50,255 bases of DNA from Myxococcales bacterium (GTDB lineage Bacteria; Desulfobacterota; Binatia; HRBIN30). The first letter of the stretch is position 1. Every line of letters begins with the position of its first letter. Made by a program: the position numbers and the translations under genes. Shown here one piece after another: positions 39,684 through 49,218 of this stretch. Where the stretch lies: contig JBBILD010000026.1 of NCBI GenBank assembly GCA_037445065.1, forward strand, positions 1-50,255, in the 5' to 3' direction. The notes beneath the pieces were generated by a model. The model saw nothing but the letters and a program-made list of their open reading frames with translations, made no database searches and was not told the DNA's origin.

Positions 39684-40545
39684 CGCGATCGACACACCGT
39701 GCCGGCGGTACGCCCATTCGCCATTCGCCCGTGGTGGCGTGGGCCGCCACCACGTAGTGGGTGTCCAGGGAACGCACGCCGTCGCCAAGGAAATGTAGGG
39801 GCAGGCCTTGTGCCTGCCCGTGTTTCGAATCCGACGGGATGCCACATCGCGGGCCAGGCACGGCACCACGTTGTACGTGCGGTACGACATCCAACATTCT
39901 CCGTTCGCCACACAAAGTGGGTGTCCACGGAACGCGGCCCGCCGCACGTGCGACGCCACCTAGCCGACTATTCGCCAGTGGTGATCCGCCGTTGCTGCAC
40001 CACAACGTGGGTGTCCTGCGAACACCCTGCCCAATCCCACCACGGGCGGCCACAAGGGCCGCCCCTACATCGCGCAGGAAACATCCGTGGCCTTTCGGTG
40101 ACGCACTGCTGCAAACACGGTGTAGGGGCAGGCCTTGTGCCTGCCCGCAGTTCGAATCCGACGGGATGCCGCATCGCGGGCCAGGCACGGCACCACCTTG
40201 TCGGTGCGGCGCGCCCGATGGGACCACGAATGCCGAATCGCACCACGGGCGGCCACAAGGGCCGCCCCTACATCGCGCAGGAAACATCCGTGGCCTTTCG
40301 GTGACGCACTGCTGCAAACACGGCGTAGGGGCAGGCCTTGTGCCTGCCCGCAGTTCGAATCCGACGGGATGCCGCATCGTGGGCCAGGCACGGCGCCGCG
40401 TTGTGCCAACGGCACCCCCATTCCCCGTTCGCCATTCGCGATTCGCCGGCTTACCGCTCGCTGCTCGCCGCTGGCTCTCACAAGCACCGCCGTAGATCTC
40501 ACGGCCCGAGCGTGCCAAGCACCACCTGCCTTCCGCCATTCGCCG
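39684..40545 (+). repeat. Composite repeat, locus H (largest; BIME-like array with a 203-bp tandem duplication)
   Basis: REP-A at 39795, 40122 and 40325; REP-B reversed at 40044 and 40247; GTGGGTGTCC modules at 39757, 39917 and 40007; 7-mer runs at both ends. Confidence 0.92.
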
Positions 40546-40556
40546 ATCACGGCGCG

Positions 40557-41210
40557 CTACGCCTTGGCGCGCGCCACCAAGCGCTCTGCTTGCTTTTTGA
40601 CAGCGGCCTCCGGGCATAACCAGAGAAACGCTTTTCCGCTCATTGCGGCCAGCACCAAGTCATCGAGGTAGCTGGTGGCTTCACCTGGGTCTCCCACCAG
40701 ATCGGTGGGCACGACCCAATACAACAGCGCGCAAAACAGGCCGAGGCGGGGCAGCACGGGCACCTCGCGATCGAAGGCGAGGCGCACGAACAACCACACG
40801 CCGAGCCAAAGCTGCCGGAGGGCGTGCGAGGCGTGGCGGGCGACCTCGCGCAACAACGAGGTGTCGAACACCGCAACGGTGGCAGACCAGAGCAGAAACA
40901 GCAGCGCGGAGGGAAGAACCCACGCCAGGGTTCGCACCGTCATCCACACCGCTTGCGCAGCGCGAGCCACCAAGCGCTCCGTGCGGGTCATCCAGCGGCC
41001 GACGCGCCGATCGAGCGAGCTGGCACGAAACACTCGTCCCGCCTCCATGTGAAGCGCGCGTGCAGGAAACGCGGTGCTGGCAGCACCCGCATCTGCGCCT
41101 TCCCGTACTTGGCCGTGCACTACCCCGGCAAAGGCGACCCACACTAGGAACAAAAGCCGCTGCACAGACAGCCAAGTGTGGCCCGAGCGGGAACGGCCCC
41201 TCCGCGTCAT
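40557..41210 (-). CDS. DUF1232 (YkvA-like) membrane protein (start uncertain)
   Basis: DREVP..ALLYWVVPTDLV.D....YLDDLVL signature. Confidence 0.75.
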   Translation of the reverse strand: MTRRGRSRSGHTWLSVQRLLFLVWVAFAGVVHGQVREGADAGAASTAFPARALHMEAGRVFRASSLDRRVGRWMTRTERLVARAAQAVWMTVRTLAWVLPSALLFLLWSATVAVFDTSLLREVARHASHALRQLWLGVWLFVRLAFDREVPVLPRLGLFCALLYWVVPTDLVGDPGEATSYLDDLVLAAMSGKAFLWLCPEAAVKKQAERLVARAKA

Positions 41211-41274
41211 GTCGCCTTGCACAGCACAAGCGTGGCTTGCAAAGCAAGAGCGCGCGCGACATGTTTCGGGCATC

Positions 41275-41553
41275 GTGAATGCGAGTGTTCCAGCCGGGCT
41301 CCTCTTGCTTCTCGCCGCGACGGTGCAAGCCCAGATGGCCGTGGAAGTGAATCGCCCGCGCTCGCCCTTCGAATGCTCGCTTCCCAACGCTATGCGCTGG
41401 TACGGGAGCGAGGATCGCTGCCTCGAATTCTTGTGCGCGGGCCAGAACGTCTACAACGAGTACGTCTTCGATCAGGACAACCGCCGGCGACGCAATCCCT
41501 GCTACGGGCGCAGTCCGACCGAGTTTCGCGAACCGGAGCCGAGCCACCGATGA
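41275..41553 (+). CDS. Small secreted protein with four cysteines
   Basis: Signal-like AGLLLLLAATVQA; ECSLP..DRCLEFLC..NPCYG; stop overlaps the next ATG. Confidence 0.6.
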   Translation: MNASVPAGLLLLLAATVQAQMAVEVNRPRSPFECSLPNAMRWYGSEDRCLEFLCAGQNVYNEYVFDQDNRRRRNPCYGRSPTEFREPEPSHR

Positions 41554-42149
41554 ACTTCTGGAAGACCGCGGCCTGGCGCCGGCTGCAGGAAAAAAGCGAC
41601 CGCATCGGTTCGATTCGCTTGCCGGTAAGCGCAAGACTGCACGCTGCCGCGGGCGCACTGCCGCAAGCACTCTCTTCGGGCTCGCCAGCGCGGGTGCAAG
41701 CAGTGGTTCAAGTGATTGCCGACGAGATCTGCCGTGCGCTTGCCGTACCCCCGGTGCGCGTCCACGTACTCTTGCGGCGACCGCACAACGCCCGCGGAGA
41801 GCTGCAGGGTCTCTACACCGCAAGCAAAGAGCGGGGAGCCGAGATCCGCGTCTGGATGCTGACGGCGAAGCGACAGCAAGTCGCCGCCTTCAAAACGTTT
41901 CTGCGCACGTTCTTGCATGAAGTCTGTCATCATTTGGATTACACCCTTTTGCGCTTAGGCGGCTCGGTTCATTGCGCCGGTTTTTACAAGCGGGAGTCGA
42001 GTTTGTTCCATCAGCTCACACGCGGCCTGCCGCCAGAGTTATTGGCTCGCCCGCGTTCTGCACACAGCCACGCGAGTGGGGCAGGCGCGATGTCAGACGC
42101 ACCGGCAAGGCAAGATCGGACAAAGCCCGGTCGCGGCGCCCCATCCTAA
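41550..42149 (+). CDS. HExxH zincin-like (SprT/WLM-like) protein
   Basis: ELQGLY..IRVW..RTFLHEVCHHLD..H..GFY; ATGA overlap. Confidence 0.72.
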   Translation: MNFWKTAAWRRLQEKSDRIGSIRLPVSARLHAAAGALPQALSSGSPARVQAVVQVIADEICRALAVPPVRVHVLLRRPHNARGELQGLYTASKERGAEIRVWMLTAKRQQVAAFKTFLRTFLHEVCHHLDYTLLRLGGSVHCAGFYKRESSLFHQLTRGLPPELLARPRSAHSHASGAGAMSDAPARQDRTKPGRGAPS

Positions 42150-42468
42150 CGCCACCGGCGCAATCGAGGGGGAAAAGAGAACGGAAGCCAACGACCGGCC
42201 TTTTCTGGCGCCTCGCTTCGACGTACGTTCGCTCGCAGTGGGTGTGTCCTCGGCACGCGCTCGCTGTGAGGGCAGGCGGTACCTGCTTGCCGGCGTGCAT
42301 TGGGTGCGCCGCACGCGGAGTGCCAAGCCTGGGGGCCGAAGGCAGCTCGCTCCCGCCTTGGGCGCGGTACGCCGAGCACTGCCCAACTTGCCTGCGGTCC
42401 ACCGCGGATTGCGCGGCACTCGGCCACCGGATGCAGCATTGGGTGCCGAGCGCAGGCCGGATGTGGGG

Positions 42469-43137
42469 TTACGACCGGTCGTCGCTAGCTGCGCGGACAG
42501 CGCGAACGAACCGCTCGAGCCTGCGGATGTCGCGGCGGCCGTGCTCGTCTTCCACACCGGTGTGGGTATCCACCGCCCACGGTCGCACCGTGCCGATCGC
42601 TTGCGCCACGTTCTCCGCGTGCAAGCCCCCGGCGAGAATCACCGGCACCCGCACCGAGGCCACGATCTCGCGGCTGATGTTCCAGTCGTGCACCTTACCC
42701 GTGGCGCCGCGCCGGCCCGTAGCGGGGTCGAAGGTGTCGAGTAGGACTGCGTCTACTTTGCGCTCCCAAGAACGCGCGACGGCGACGGATTCCGGCCCGA
42801 CCACATTCACGGCGCGGATCAGCTTCAAATGCGGCATGGCCACCCGGATCATTTCCACTTCGGGCGCCGGGAAGTCACCGTGCAACTGCAAGGCGCTCAC
42901 GCCGAGGTAGCGACACAAGTCAATCGCTTCGCGGGCTGCCTGCACGTAGGTGATGGCCACCGTAGCAATGAACGGGGGCAGAGCCTGAATGATCGAACGG
43001 GCTTTGGCTTCGGTGAGTCCATCGTGCAGGCCCTCCGGCAAGCGAACCGGGAACCCGAGCGCGTCCACCCCGAGCCGTTCGGCCACGCGCGCCTCTTCGA
43101 GGCTCGCGACTCCCGCAATCTGGATGCGCACGTACAT
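42469..43137 (-). CDS. trpF: Phosphoribosylanthranilate isomerase family protein
   Basis: GVDALGF, LQLHG, LLDT..GATG..DW, ILAGGL.AENV and AVDTHTGVE motifs. Confidence 0.85.
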   Translation of the reverse strand: MYVRIQIAGVASLEEARVAERLGVDALGFPVRLPEGLHDGLTEAKARSIIQALPPFIATVAITYVQAAREAIDLCRYLGVSALQLHGDFPAPEVEMIRVAMPHLKLIRAVNVVGPESVAVARSWERKVDAVLLDTFDPATGRRGATGKVHDWNISREIVASVRVPVILAGGLHAENVAQAIGTVRPWAVDTHTGVEDEHGRRDIRRLERFVRAVRAASDDRS

Positions 43138-43262
43138 GATGCGCGGCCGTTAGCAAAGCCCTACCGCGCAGACAAAAACACACCCCTTCTCGCCCGCTCG
43201 CATTCGTGAGACAAAGCGGTCGGATTAACCAGACCCGCCATGCACCGCTTTCCAAAGGTCCC

Positions 43263-46094
43263 ATGACCGTGCACCGTCCCCCGAGCCGAAGCGACCTTTT
43301 CTCGACGGCCCATCACTGGGCGTCTCTCCTCCCGGAGGCCTGCCTCGAGGCGCTCGGTAGTCACGCCGAAGGTCTTTCCGCAAGCGAGGCACACGCGCGG
43401 CTGGTTCGCTTCGGCCCCAACGCCACACCGCACATCCCTCCCCCACCGTGGTACCGCGAACTCGCGAGAGCATTTGGGAACTTCTTTGCTTTGTTGCTGT
43501 GGCTGGCCTCTGCACTGGCTTGGGTCGCCGGGATGCCGCAACTCACCATCGCCATCTTGTTCGTTGTCGTCGTCAACGGAACCTTCAGCTTCTGGCAGGA
43601 ATACCGAGCCGAGCGTGCCGCCGAAGCGCTGGAAGCCTTGCTGCCGCGGCGTGCGCGTGTGCGCCGCGAGGGCGAGGTACGAGACGTTGCCAACACGGAG
43701 GTGGTTCCAGGGGACATCCTCATTTTGTGCGCAGGGGATCAAGTGCCCGCCGATGCGCGTCTCCTGCGTGCGCAAGAACTCCGCTTGGATCTTTCGACGC
43801 TGACCGGGGAGTCTCGCCCTGCGCCGCGTACGGCTGCACCGGTGAGCCGGTCTGGCGAACCCGCGATCTCCTTGCCGAACCTGGTCTTTGCCGGAACCTT
43901 GGTGGTCGGTGGGACGGGCGAGGCAGTGGTGTTCGCGACCGGGGAGGCCACCGAGTTTGGCCGCCTGGCAGCCCTCGCTCAGCGACAACCCGAGGCACAA
44001 AGCCCACTGCAACGCGAACTGGTGCGGGTCACGCGAGCCGTAAGCACGGTCGCCGTGGCTCTCGGTGCCGCTAGCTTTTTCGCCGCCGAGGCAGTTGGCC
44101 AGTTCTCAGCGGCTGACGCTTTTGTCTTCGCTCTCGGCATGATCGTCGCGAACGTTCCCGAAGGGTTGCTCCCGACCCTCAGCCTCGCTCTGGCCACGGC
44201 GGTGAGGATCATGGCCCGGCAAAACGCTCTGGTAAAGCGCCTGTCGACAGTCGAGGCGCTCGGAGCCGCAACGGTCATCCTCACCGACAAGACCGGCACA
44301 CTCACGCAAAATCAAATGCGCGTGCGGGAAGCGTGGATGGGGTCGGTGCGCGCCGTCTTCCAGGGCGCGGGCTACGAGCCCACCGGTAACGTCGAGTACG
44401 ACCCACGGGCGGACCCAAGCGCACCCGCACTCACCACTCGGGTCCTCCGCGCCGCGGCGCTGTGTTGCAATGCGCGGCTCGAGTACGATTCTACGAAGGG
44501 CCGCTGGCTGGCACGCGGCGATGCAACCGAAGCGGCAATTCTCGCGGCCGCGGGCAAGGCTGGGCTCACCGCCGAGCGGTTGGCGCTGTGGCCACGACTG
44601 GCGGAGCTGCCTTTCGACTCGGTGCGCAAGCGGATGACCACCGTGCACCAAGATGGAACGCGTGCGGTGGCCTGCACCAAAGGGGCCCTGAGCGAAGTTC
44701 TCGAATTGTGCTCTCGGGTCGGCGTAGCCGCCGGCGAGAGCCCGTTGAGCGCAGAGCGCAAGCGGGCAATCGTCGAGGCGCACCGAGCGCTCACGGAGCA
44801 AGGGCTGCGCGTGCTGGCCGTGGCCGAAAAAGACCTGGGTTCTGCCAGTGACGCTGCGTGGGAGCAGGCGGCACACGAGGTCGAGCAGGAACTGACGTTT
44901 CTTGGTTTGCTGGCGCTCGAGGATCCTCCACGGCCAGAGGTCCCAGCCGCAATTGCCGCCTGCCGGCAGGCAGGAATTCGCGTGTGCATGGTCACCGGGG
45001 ACGACCCCCACACGGCACTTGCGATCGGAAAAACAATCGGGCTTTACGGCGAGGACGCACTCGTGGTGTGCGGACCGGAACTGGACGCGATGCATGCCGC
45101 CCGGCTAGACCAACTTCTCCGCCGCGACGCGATTCTCTTCGCTCGCACCACACCGGAGCACAAGTTGCGCCTAGTCGAGGCCTTTCAGCGGCGTGGCGAA
45201 GTGGTGGCGGTCACTGGCGACGGGGTGAACGACGCCCCTGCCCTGCGCCGCGCCGAAATCGGTGTCGCGATGGGAGCCAGCGGTACCGACGTGGCACGGG
45301 AGGCGGCGGACATGATTCTGCTCGACGATCACTTTGCCACCATCGTGGCGGCAATCCGCGAAGGCCGCGCAGTCTTCGACAATGTCCGCAAGTTCATCAC
45401 TTATATTCTTGCCAGCAACATTCCGGAGATCGTCCCGTTCGTGCTGTTTGTGATCTTCGCCATTCCTCTCCCACTCACTGTGATGCAGATTCTGGCCGTG
45501 GACCTGGGCACGGATCTGTTCCCCGCGCTGGCCCTGGGGCGCGAGCCAGCGGAGCCAGACGTGATGCAGCGCCCGCCCCGGACACGGCGCGAGCGTCTCC
45601 TCGACTGGCGCACTCTGTTGCGCGCCTACGCTTGGCTCGGTCCCATCCAAGCCGCCCTCTCGATCGCGGCGTTTTTCTGGACATACTGGCTATATGGCTG
45701 GACGTTCGGGGAAAGTCTGAACGCATACGAGGGAGCCTATCCACAAGCCACCACAGCCACCTTTGCTGCCATCGTCGCTTGCCAAGTCGGCAACGCCTTT
45801 GCGTGTCGGAGCGAACGTACTTCCACCTTTGCCTTAGGCTTCACTTCGAACCGCCCGCTCTTGCTTGCGATCGGCATCGAATTGGCCTTGCTGTTTGTTT
45901 TCATCTACTGGCCTCCGTTGGGATGGGTGTTCGACTTTGCGCCGCTCGAGCCTCAGCAGTGGGCCTTGATCGCCTCCTTCCCTCTGGTGTTCTTGCTCGT
46001 AGAGGAGAGCAGGAAACTCGTGATGCGCGCCTTCTGGCCAGACAACACGGCATCCAGGGTTCGCAGGGGGTCGTTCGATACAGCGACAGACTGA
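43263..46094 (+). CDS. Cation-transporting P-type ATPase, type IIC-like
   Basis: TGES, VANVPEGLL, DKTGTLT, KGA, DPPR, TGDGVND, SNIPE and DLGTD motifs. Confidence 0.95.
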   Translation: MTVHRPPSRSDLFSTAHHWASLLPEACLEALGSHAEGLSASEAHARLVRFGPNATPHIPPPPWYRELARAFGNFFALLLWLASALAWVAGMPQLTIAILFVVVVNGTFSFWQEYRAERAAEALEALLPRRARVRREGEVRDVANTEVVPGDILILCAGDQVPADARLLRAQELRLDLSTLTGESRPAPRTAAPVSRSGEPAISLPNLVFAGTLVVGGTGEAVVFATGEATEFGRLAALAQRQPEAQSPLQRELVRVTRAVSTVAVALGAASFFAAEAVGQFSAADAFVFALGMIVANVPEGLLPTLSLALATAVRIMARQNALVKRLSTVEALGAATVILTDKTGTLTQNQMRVREAWMGSVRAVFQGAGYEPTGNVEYDPRADPSAPALTTRVLRAAALCCNARLEYDSTKGRWLARGDATEAAILAAAGKAGLTAERLALWPRLAELPFDSVRKRMTTVHQDGTRAVACTKGALSEVLELCSRVGVAAGESPLSAERKRAIVEAHRALTEQGLRVLAVAEKDLGSASDAAWEQAAHEVEQELTFLGLLALEDPPRPEVPAAIAACRQAGIRVCMVTGDDPHTALAIGKTIGLYGEDALVVCGPELDAMHAARLDQLLRRDAILFARTTPEHKLRLVEAFQRRGEVVAVTGDGVNDAPALRRAEIGVAMGASGTDVAREAADMILLDDHFATIVAAIREGRAVFDNVRKFITYILASNIPEIVPFVLFVIFAIPLPLTVMQILAVDLGTDLFPALALGREPAEPDVMQRPPRTRRERLLDWRTLLRAYAWLGPIQAALSIAAFFWTYWLYGWTFGESLNAYEGAYPQATTATFAAIVACQVGNAFACRSERTSTFALGFTSNRPLLLAIGIELALLFVFIYWPPLGWVFDFAPLEPQQWALIASFPLVFLLVEESRKLVMRAFWPDNTASRVRRGSFDTATD

Positions 46095-46552
46095 TCCGCG
46101 AGGGCGAACCTCCAAGGGACGCTGGAGGAAGGGGCCGGCAAGGCTTCAGGTCTGCTGGGCGCCGGTCGCCGCCGGGGTTCGCCGCGATACAGGAGAGGCG
46201 GGCCGCACAACACGGTGTGCCCGCGGACGTGCCTCACAAACGCCCAGCGAGCGCAAAGGTCGGCCCTTCGAGTTATGGGGGAAGAGCGGCCCGCCCGTAG
46301 GGAGAAGCATTTTTCCAGGGCAACCTCCCGGAAGGGCTGCGCTACGATGGGGAGGAGGACCTGCTCTTCCGCGAGCAGGCGCTGCGCACCTACCCCCAGG
46401 GTGAATCGGCCAACGCCTCGAGCGTTACCGGTCGTGGTGGCGACAAGGTGGCCCTGACACAGCAGCGTGGAAGTGGAACCGCGATGCCCCGAGTACCGCG
46501 CGCTCCCGGTATCGCCCCGTGCATGATCGGGACGGCGTGCCTCCCACACTGC

Positions 46553-46756
46553 AGGCGACCACAAGGGCGGCCCCTACCTTGCTGCGAGCGACATCGGTGC
46601 CGGTGTGGTCGCACGCCGATGGGAAGGACCACGTAAGGGCAGGCCTTGTGCCTGCCCGTGTTCCAGCGGGACCACGAACCCCCGCATCGCAACACGGGGG
46701 GCGACAGGGGCTGCCGGTACGACCCGCCGGTCCCCGCCTCGGTTCGCGATTCGCCG
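46553..46756 (+). repeat. Degenerate composite repeat, locus I
   Basis: Degenerate REP-B reversed ending CCCCTAC at 46577; 55-nt spacer related to that of locus G; GTAAGGGCAGGCCTTGTGCCTGCCC 46633-46657; 7-mer remnant near 46741-46755. Confidence 0.78.
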
Positions 46757-46968
46757 TCCGCTGAACGCTCGTCGGTCGCCATACGCCCCCCAAGGGATAC
46801 CGCCTCGGGCTTTCGGTTAGGTGGCGGTTCTTTCCACCGAGCCGATGCCTGTCCACCCTGCTGCCCGCGTACCGGTGCCAGCGTACGGCGCCCTTCCTGA
46901 TCCGCGTGGTGCGCACCGGGAAAGAGCGGTGCTTCGTTGCGGGCGCGAGGCCAGCGCGGCAAGCTCGC

Positions 46969-49137
46969 TCAAGCCGGCTCCAGCCCGGCGAACTTGACCA
47001 TCAGCTTTTTTCTACCCGCGCGGGCGAACAGCACCGTGACTTTCTGCTGATCTCCGCGGCCCTCTATCTGCACCACGGTTCCGACGCCAAAGCTCTGGTG
47101 GCGCACGCGCGCGCCGACGCGCAGACCGTCGTCGTACACAATACGTGGTCCCTCCTCACTCACCTCGGACAGCCCGGGCGCGCTGCGCCGGAGGGCGGAA
47201 CGAGCCGAGCGCCAGGCGACCGCCGGGTCACCGACCCAGCGCACCAGGTGTTGGGGGATCTCGTCGAGAAAGCGACTCCGTTCGTTGTTCTGCACAGAGC
47301 CAAAGAGGCGACGTTGGCGGGCAAAGGTGAGATAAAGGCGTTCCCGCGCACGAGTCATGCCGACGTAGCAAAGGCGCCGTTCCTCCTCGATGCCGTCTTC
47401 GTCGCGGTGACTGCGGACGTGGGGAAACACGCCTTCTTCCATGGCCACCAAGAACACGATTGGGAACTCCAGCCCCTTGGCAGCGTGCAGAGTCATGAGC
47501 GTGATCCGCTCGCTGCCGCTTTCATAGCGGTCGAGATCGGTGACCAGCGCTGCCTGTTCGAGGAACTCGGCAAGCGACTCTGCCTCGCCCGCGTGTTCTT
47601 CGAGTGCGCGCAAGAGTTCTTCCAAGTTCGCGAGCCGTTCTTCCGCTTGCGGGTCGCCAGAATCGCGCAGCATGGGCCCATAGCCCGTTTGCTCGATGAT
47701 ACGGGCTGCCAGCTCGGGGTAAGAGACTTCGTCCATCATCCCTCGGAAGTGATCCATCATGCGCACGAACTGCGCCACCTTTTCCGCTGCCGGGTTCTTC
47801 AGCACGCCGCGCTGGAGGGCGAGTCTACAGGCTGGGAAGAAGCCTCCGGCCTCCGCTTGCAAACCCTCGATGCGAGCAATGGTGAGGCCGCCAATGCCGC
47901 GCGGTGGGACATTGACGATCCGCTTGGCGGCCACGTCGTCGGCTGGATTCACCAACAACCGCAGGTAGGCCAAAATGTCCTTCACTTCCGTGCGCGCGAA
48001 AAAGCGCAAGCCGCCGATCACCACATGCGGCAAGCGCGCCCGCACCAGGGCCTCTTCGAACGGACGCGAGTGCGCGTTGACGCGGTAGAAAATCGCGAAA
48101 TCGGAGGCGCACCTGCCCTCGCCCAGCAGGCGCTGAATCTCGTCTGCCACCCAGCGCGCCTCCTGGCCATCGTCGGCGAACTCGCCGACGACCACTTTTT
48201 CCCCTTCGGGGTTGCGCGTCCACAGTACCTTCCCCTTGCGCTGCTGGTTGTGCGCCACCACGGCAGACGCAGCGCGCAAAATCGTACCGGTGGAGCGGTA
48301 GTTTTCCTCCAGGCGGATGATGCGAGCGTCGGGAAAATCCTTTTCGAAATCCAAGATGTTGCGGATCTCGGCACCTCGCCACCGGTAGATGGACTGATCT
48401 TCGTCGCCCACCACGCATAAATTGCGATGCGGTCCGAGCAGCGCGGTTACCAAGCGGTACTGCACGAGGTTGGTGTCCTGGTATTCGTCCACCAAGAGAT
48501 GGTCGAAGCGGTCGCTCCAACGCTGGCGTACCTCCGGGAAATCGCGGAACAAGCGCCAGGCGAGCAACAGTAAGTCCCCGAAGTCGAGCGCGTGGGCTTG
48601 CTCGAGCCTGCGCTGGTAGAGATTGTAGACGCGCTGCAGCAATTCCTCACGGGGCGACTGAGGCGCGAAGGACTCGGCTTCGATGCCGCGATTCTTGAGC
48701 GTGTCTATCCACGCGGCTGCGCTTTGCGGGCTCAGCACCTCGGTGGCAATGTTGGCCTCTTGCAAGCAATCGCGCAGCAGGCGTTGTTGGTCCTGGTCAT
48801 CGTAAATGACGAAATCTCGTGAATACCCGAGCTGCGGGATTTCCTGGCGCAAGATGCGAGCGCAGGCGGAGTGAAAGGTCGCGACCCACGGCGAACGCTC
48901 GCTCGCCACCATGTGCAGCACGCGCTGGCGCAGCTCGCCAGCCGCTTTGTTCGTAAAGGTGACGGCAAAAATCCGCTCTGGCTCCACCCGTTGCGCTTGG
49001 ATCAAATACGCCACCCGGTAGGTCAACGTGCGGGTTTTCCCCGAACCGGCTCCAGCCAGGATCAACAACGGCCCCCCCGGATGCAGCACGGCCTCGCGCT
49101 GGGCCGGATTCAAACTCGCCAGTAAGTCCTCGACCAT
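46969..49137 (-). CDS. pcrA: ATP-dependent DNA helicase PcrA/UvrD
   Basis: AGAGSGKT, DEYQD, VGDEDQSIY, LEENYRS, TLHAAKGLEF and EERRLCYVGMTRA motifs; C-terminal Tudor-like domain. Confidence 0.95.
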   Translation of the reverse strand: MVEDLLASLNPAQREAVLHPGGPLLILAGAGSGKTRTLTYRVAYLIQAQRVEPERIFAVTFTNKAAGELRQRVLHMVASERSPWVATFHSACARILRQEIPQLGYSRDFVIYDDQDQQRLLRDCLQEANIATEVLSPQSAAAWIDTLKNRGIEAESFAPQSPREELLQRVYNLYQRRLEQAHALDFGDLLLLAWRLFRDFPEVRQRWSDRFDHLLVDEYQDTNLVQYRLVTALLGPHRNLCVVGDEDQSIYRWRGAEIRNILDFEKDFPDARIIRLEENYRSTGTILRAASAVVAHNQQRKGKVLWTRNPEGEKVVVGEFADDGQEARWVADEIQRLLGEGRCASDFAIFYRVNAHSRPFEEALVRARLPHVVIGGLRFFARTEVKDILAYLRLLVNPADDVAAKRIVNVPPRGIGGLTIARIEGLQAEAGGFFPACRLALQRGVLKNPAAEKVAQFVRMMDHFRGMMDEVSYPELAARIIEQTGYGPMLRDSGDPQAEERLANLEELLRALEEHAGEAESLAEFLEQAALVTDLDRYESGSERITLMTLHAAKGLEFPIVFLVAMEEGVFPHVRSHRDEDGIEEERRLCYVGMTRARERLYLTFARQRRLFGSVQNNERSRFLDEIPQHLVRWVGDPAVAWRSARSALRRSAPGLSEVSEEGPRIVYDDGLRVGARVRHQSFGVGTVVQIEGRGDQQKVTVLFARAGRKKLMVKFAGLEPA

Positions 49138-49218
49138 CCGTGTTACTCCTCAGCTCCGCACCGCGACGCCGTTACCGCCGGCTCCCCTGCCAACGGCGCG
49201 AGCGTTTCCTGTTCGCAC

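Noticed and set aside
39684..40545. CRISPR array interpretation of the regularly spaced 25-nt palindromes
   Set aside because: Repeats alternate in type and orientation, the spacers are themselves repeated rather than unique, and no cas gene is present
42146..42439. 97-aa minus-strand ORF downstream of trpF
   Set aside because: Arg/Ala/Pro-rich composition typical of non-coding GC-rich frames; no motif or clear RBS
46906..48420. Long antisense ORFs (also 10254-11660, 11779-13065, 13720-15132, 30242-32524 and others)
   Set aside because: Shadow frames opposite or overlapping well-supported genes, expected at this GC content; no recognisable motifs
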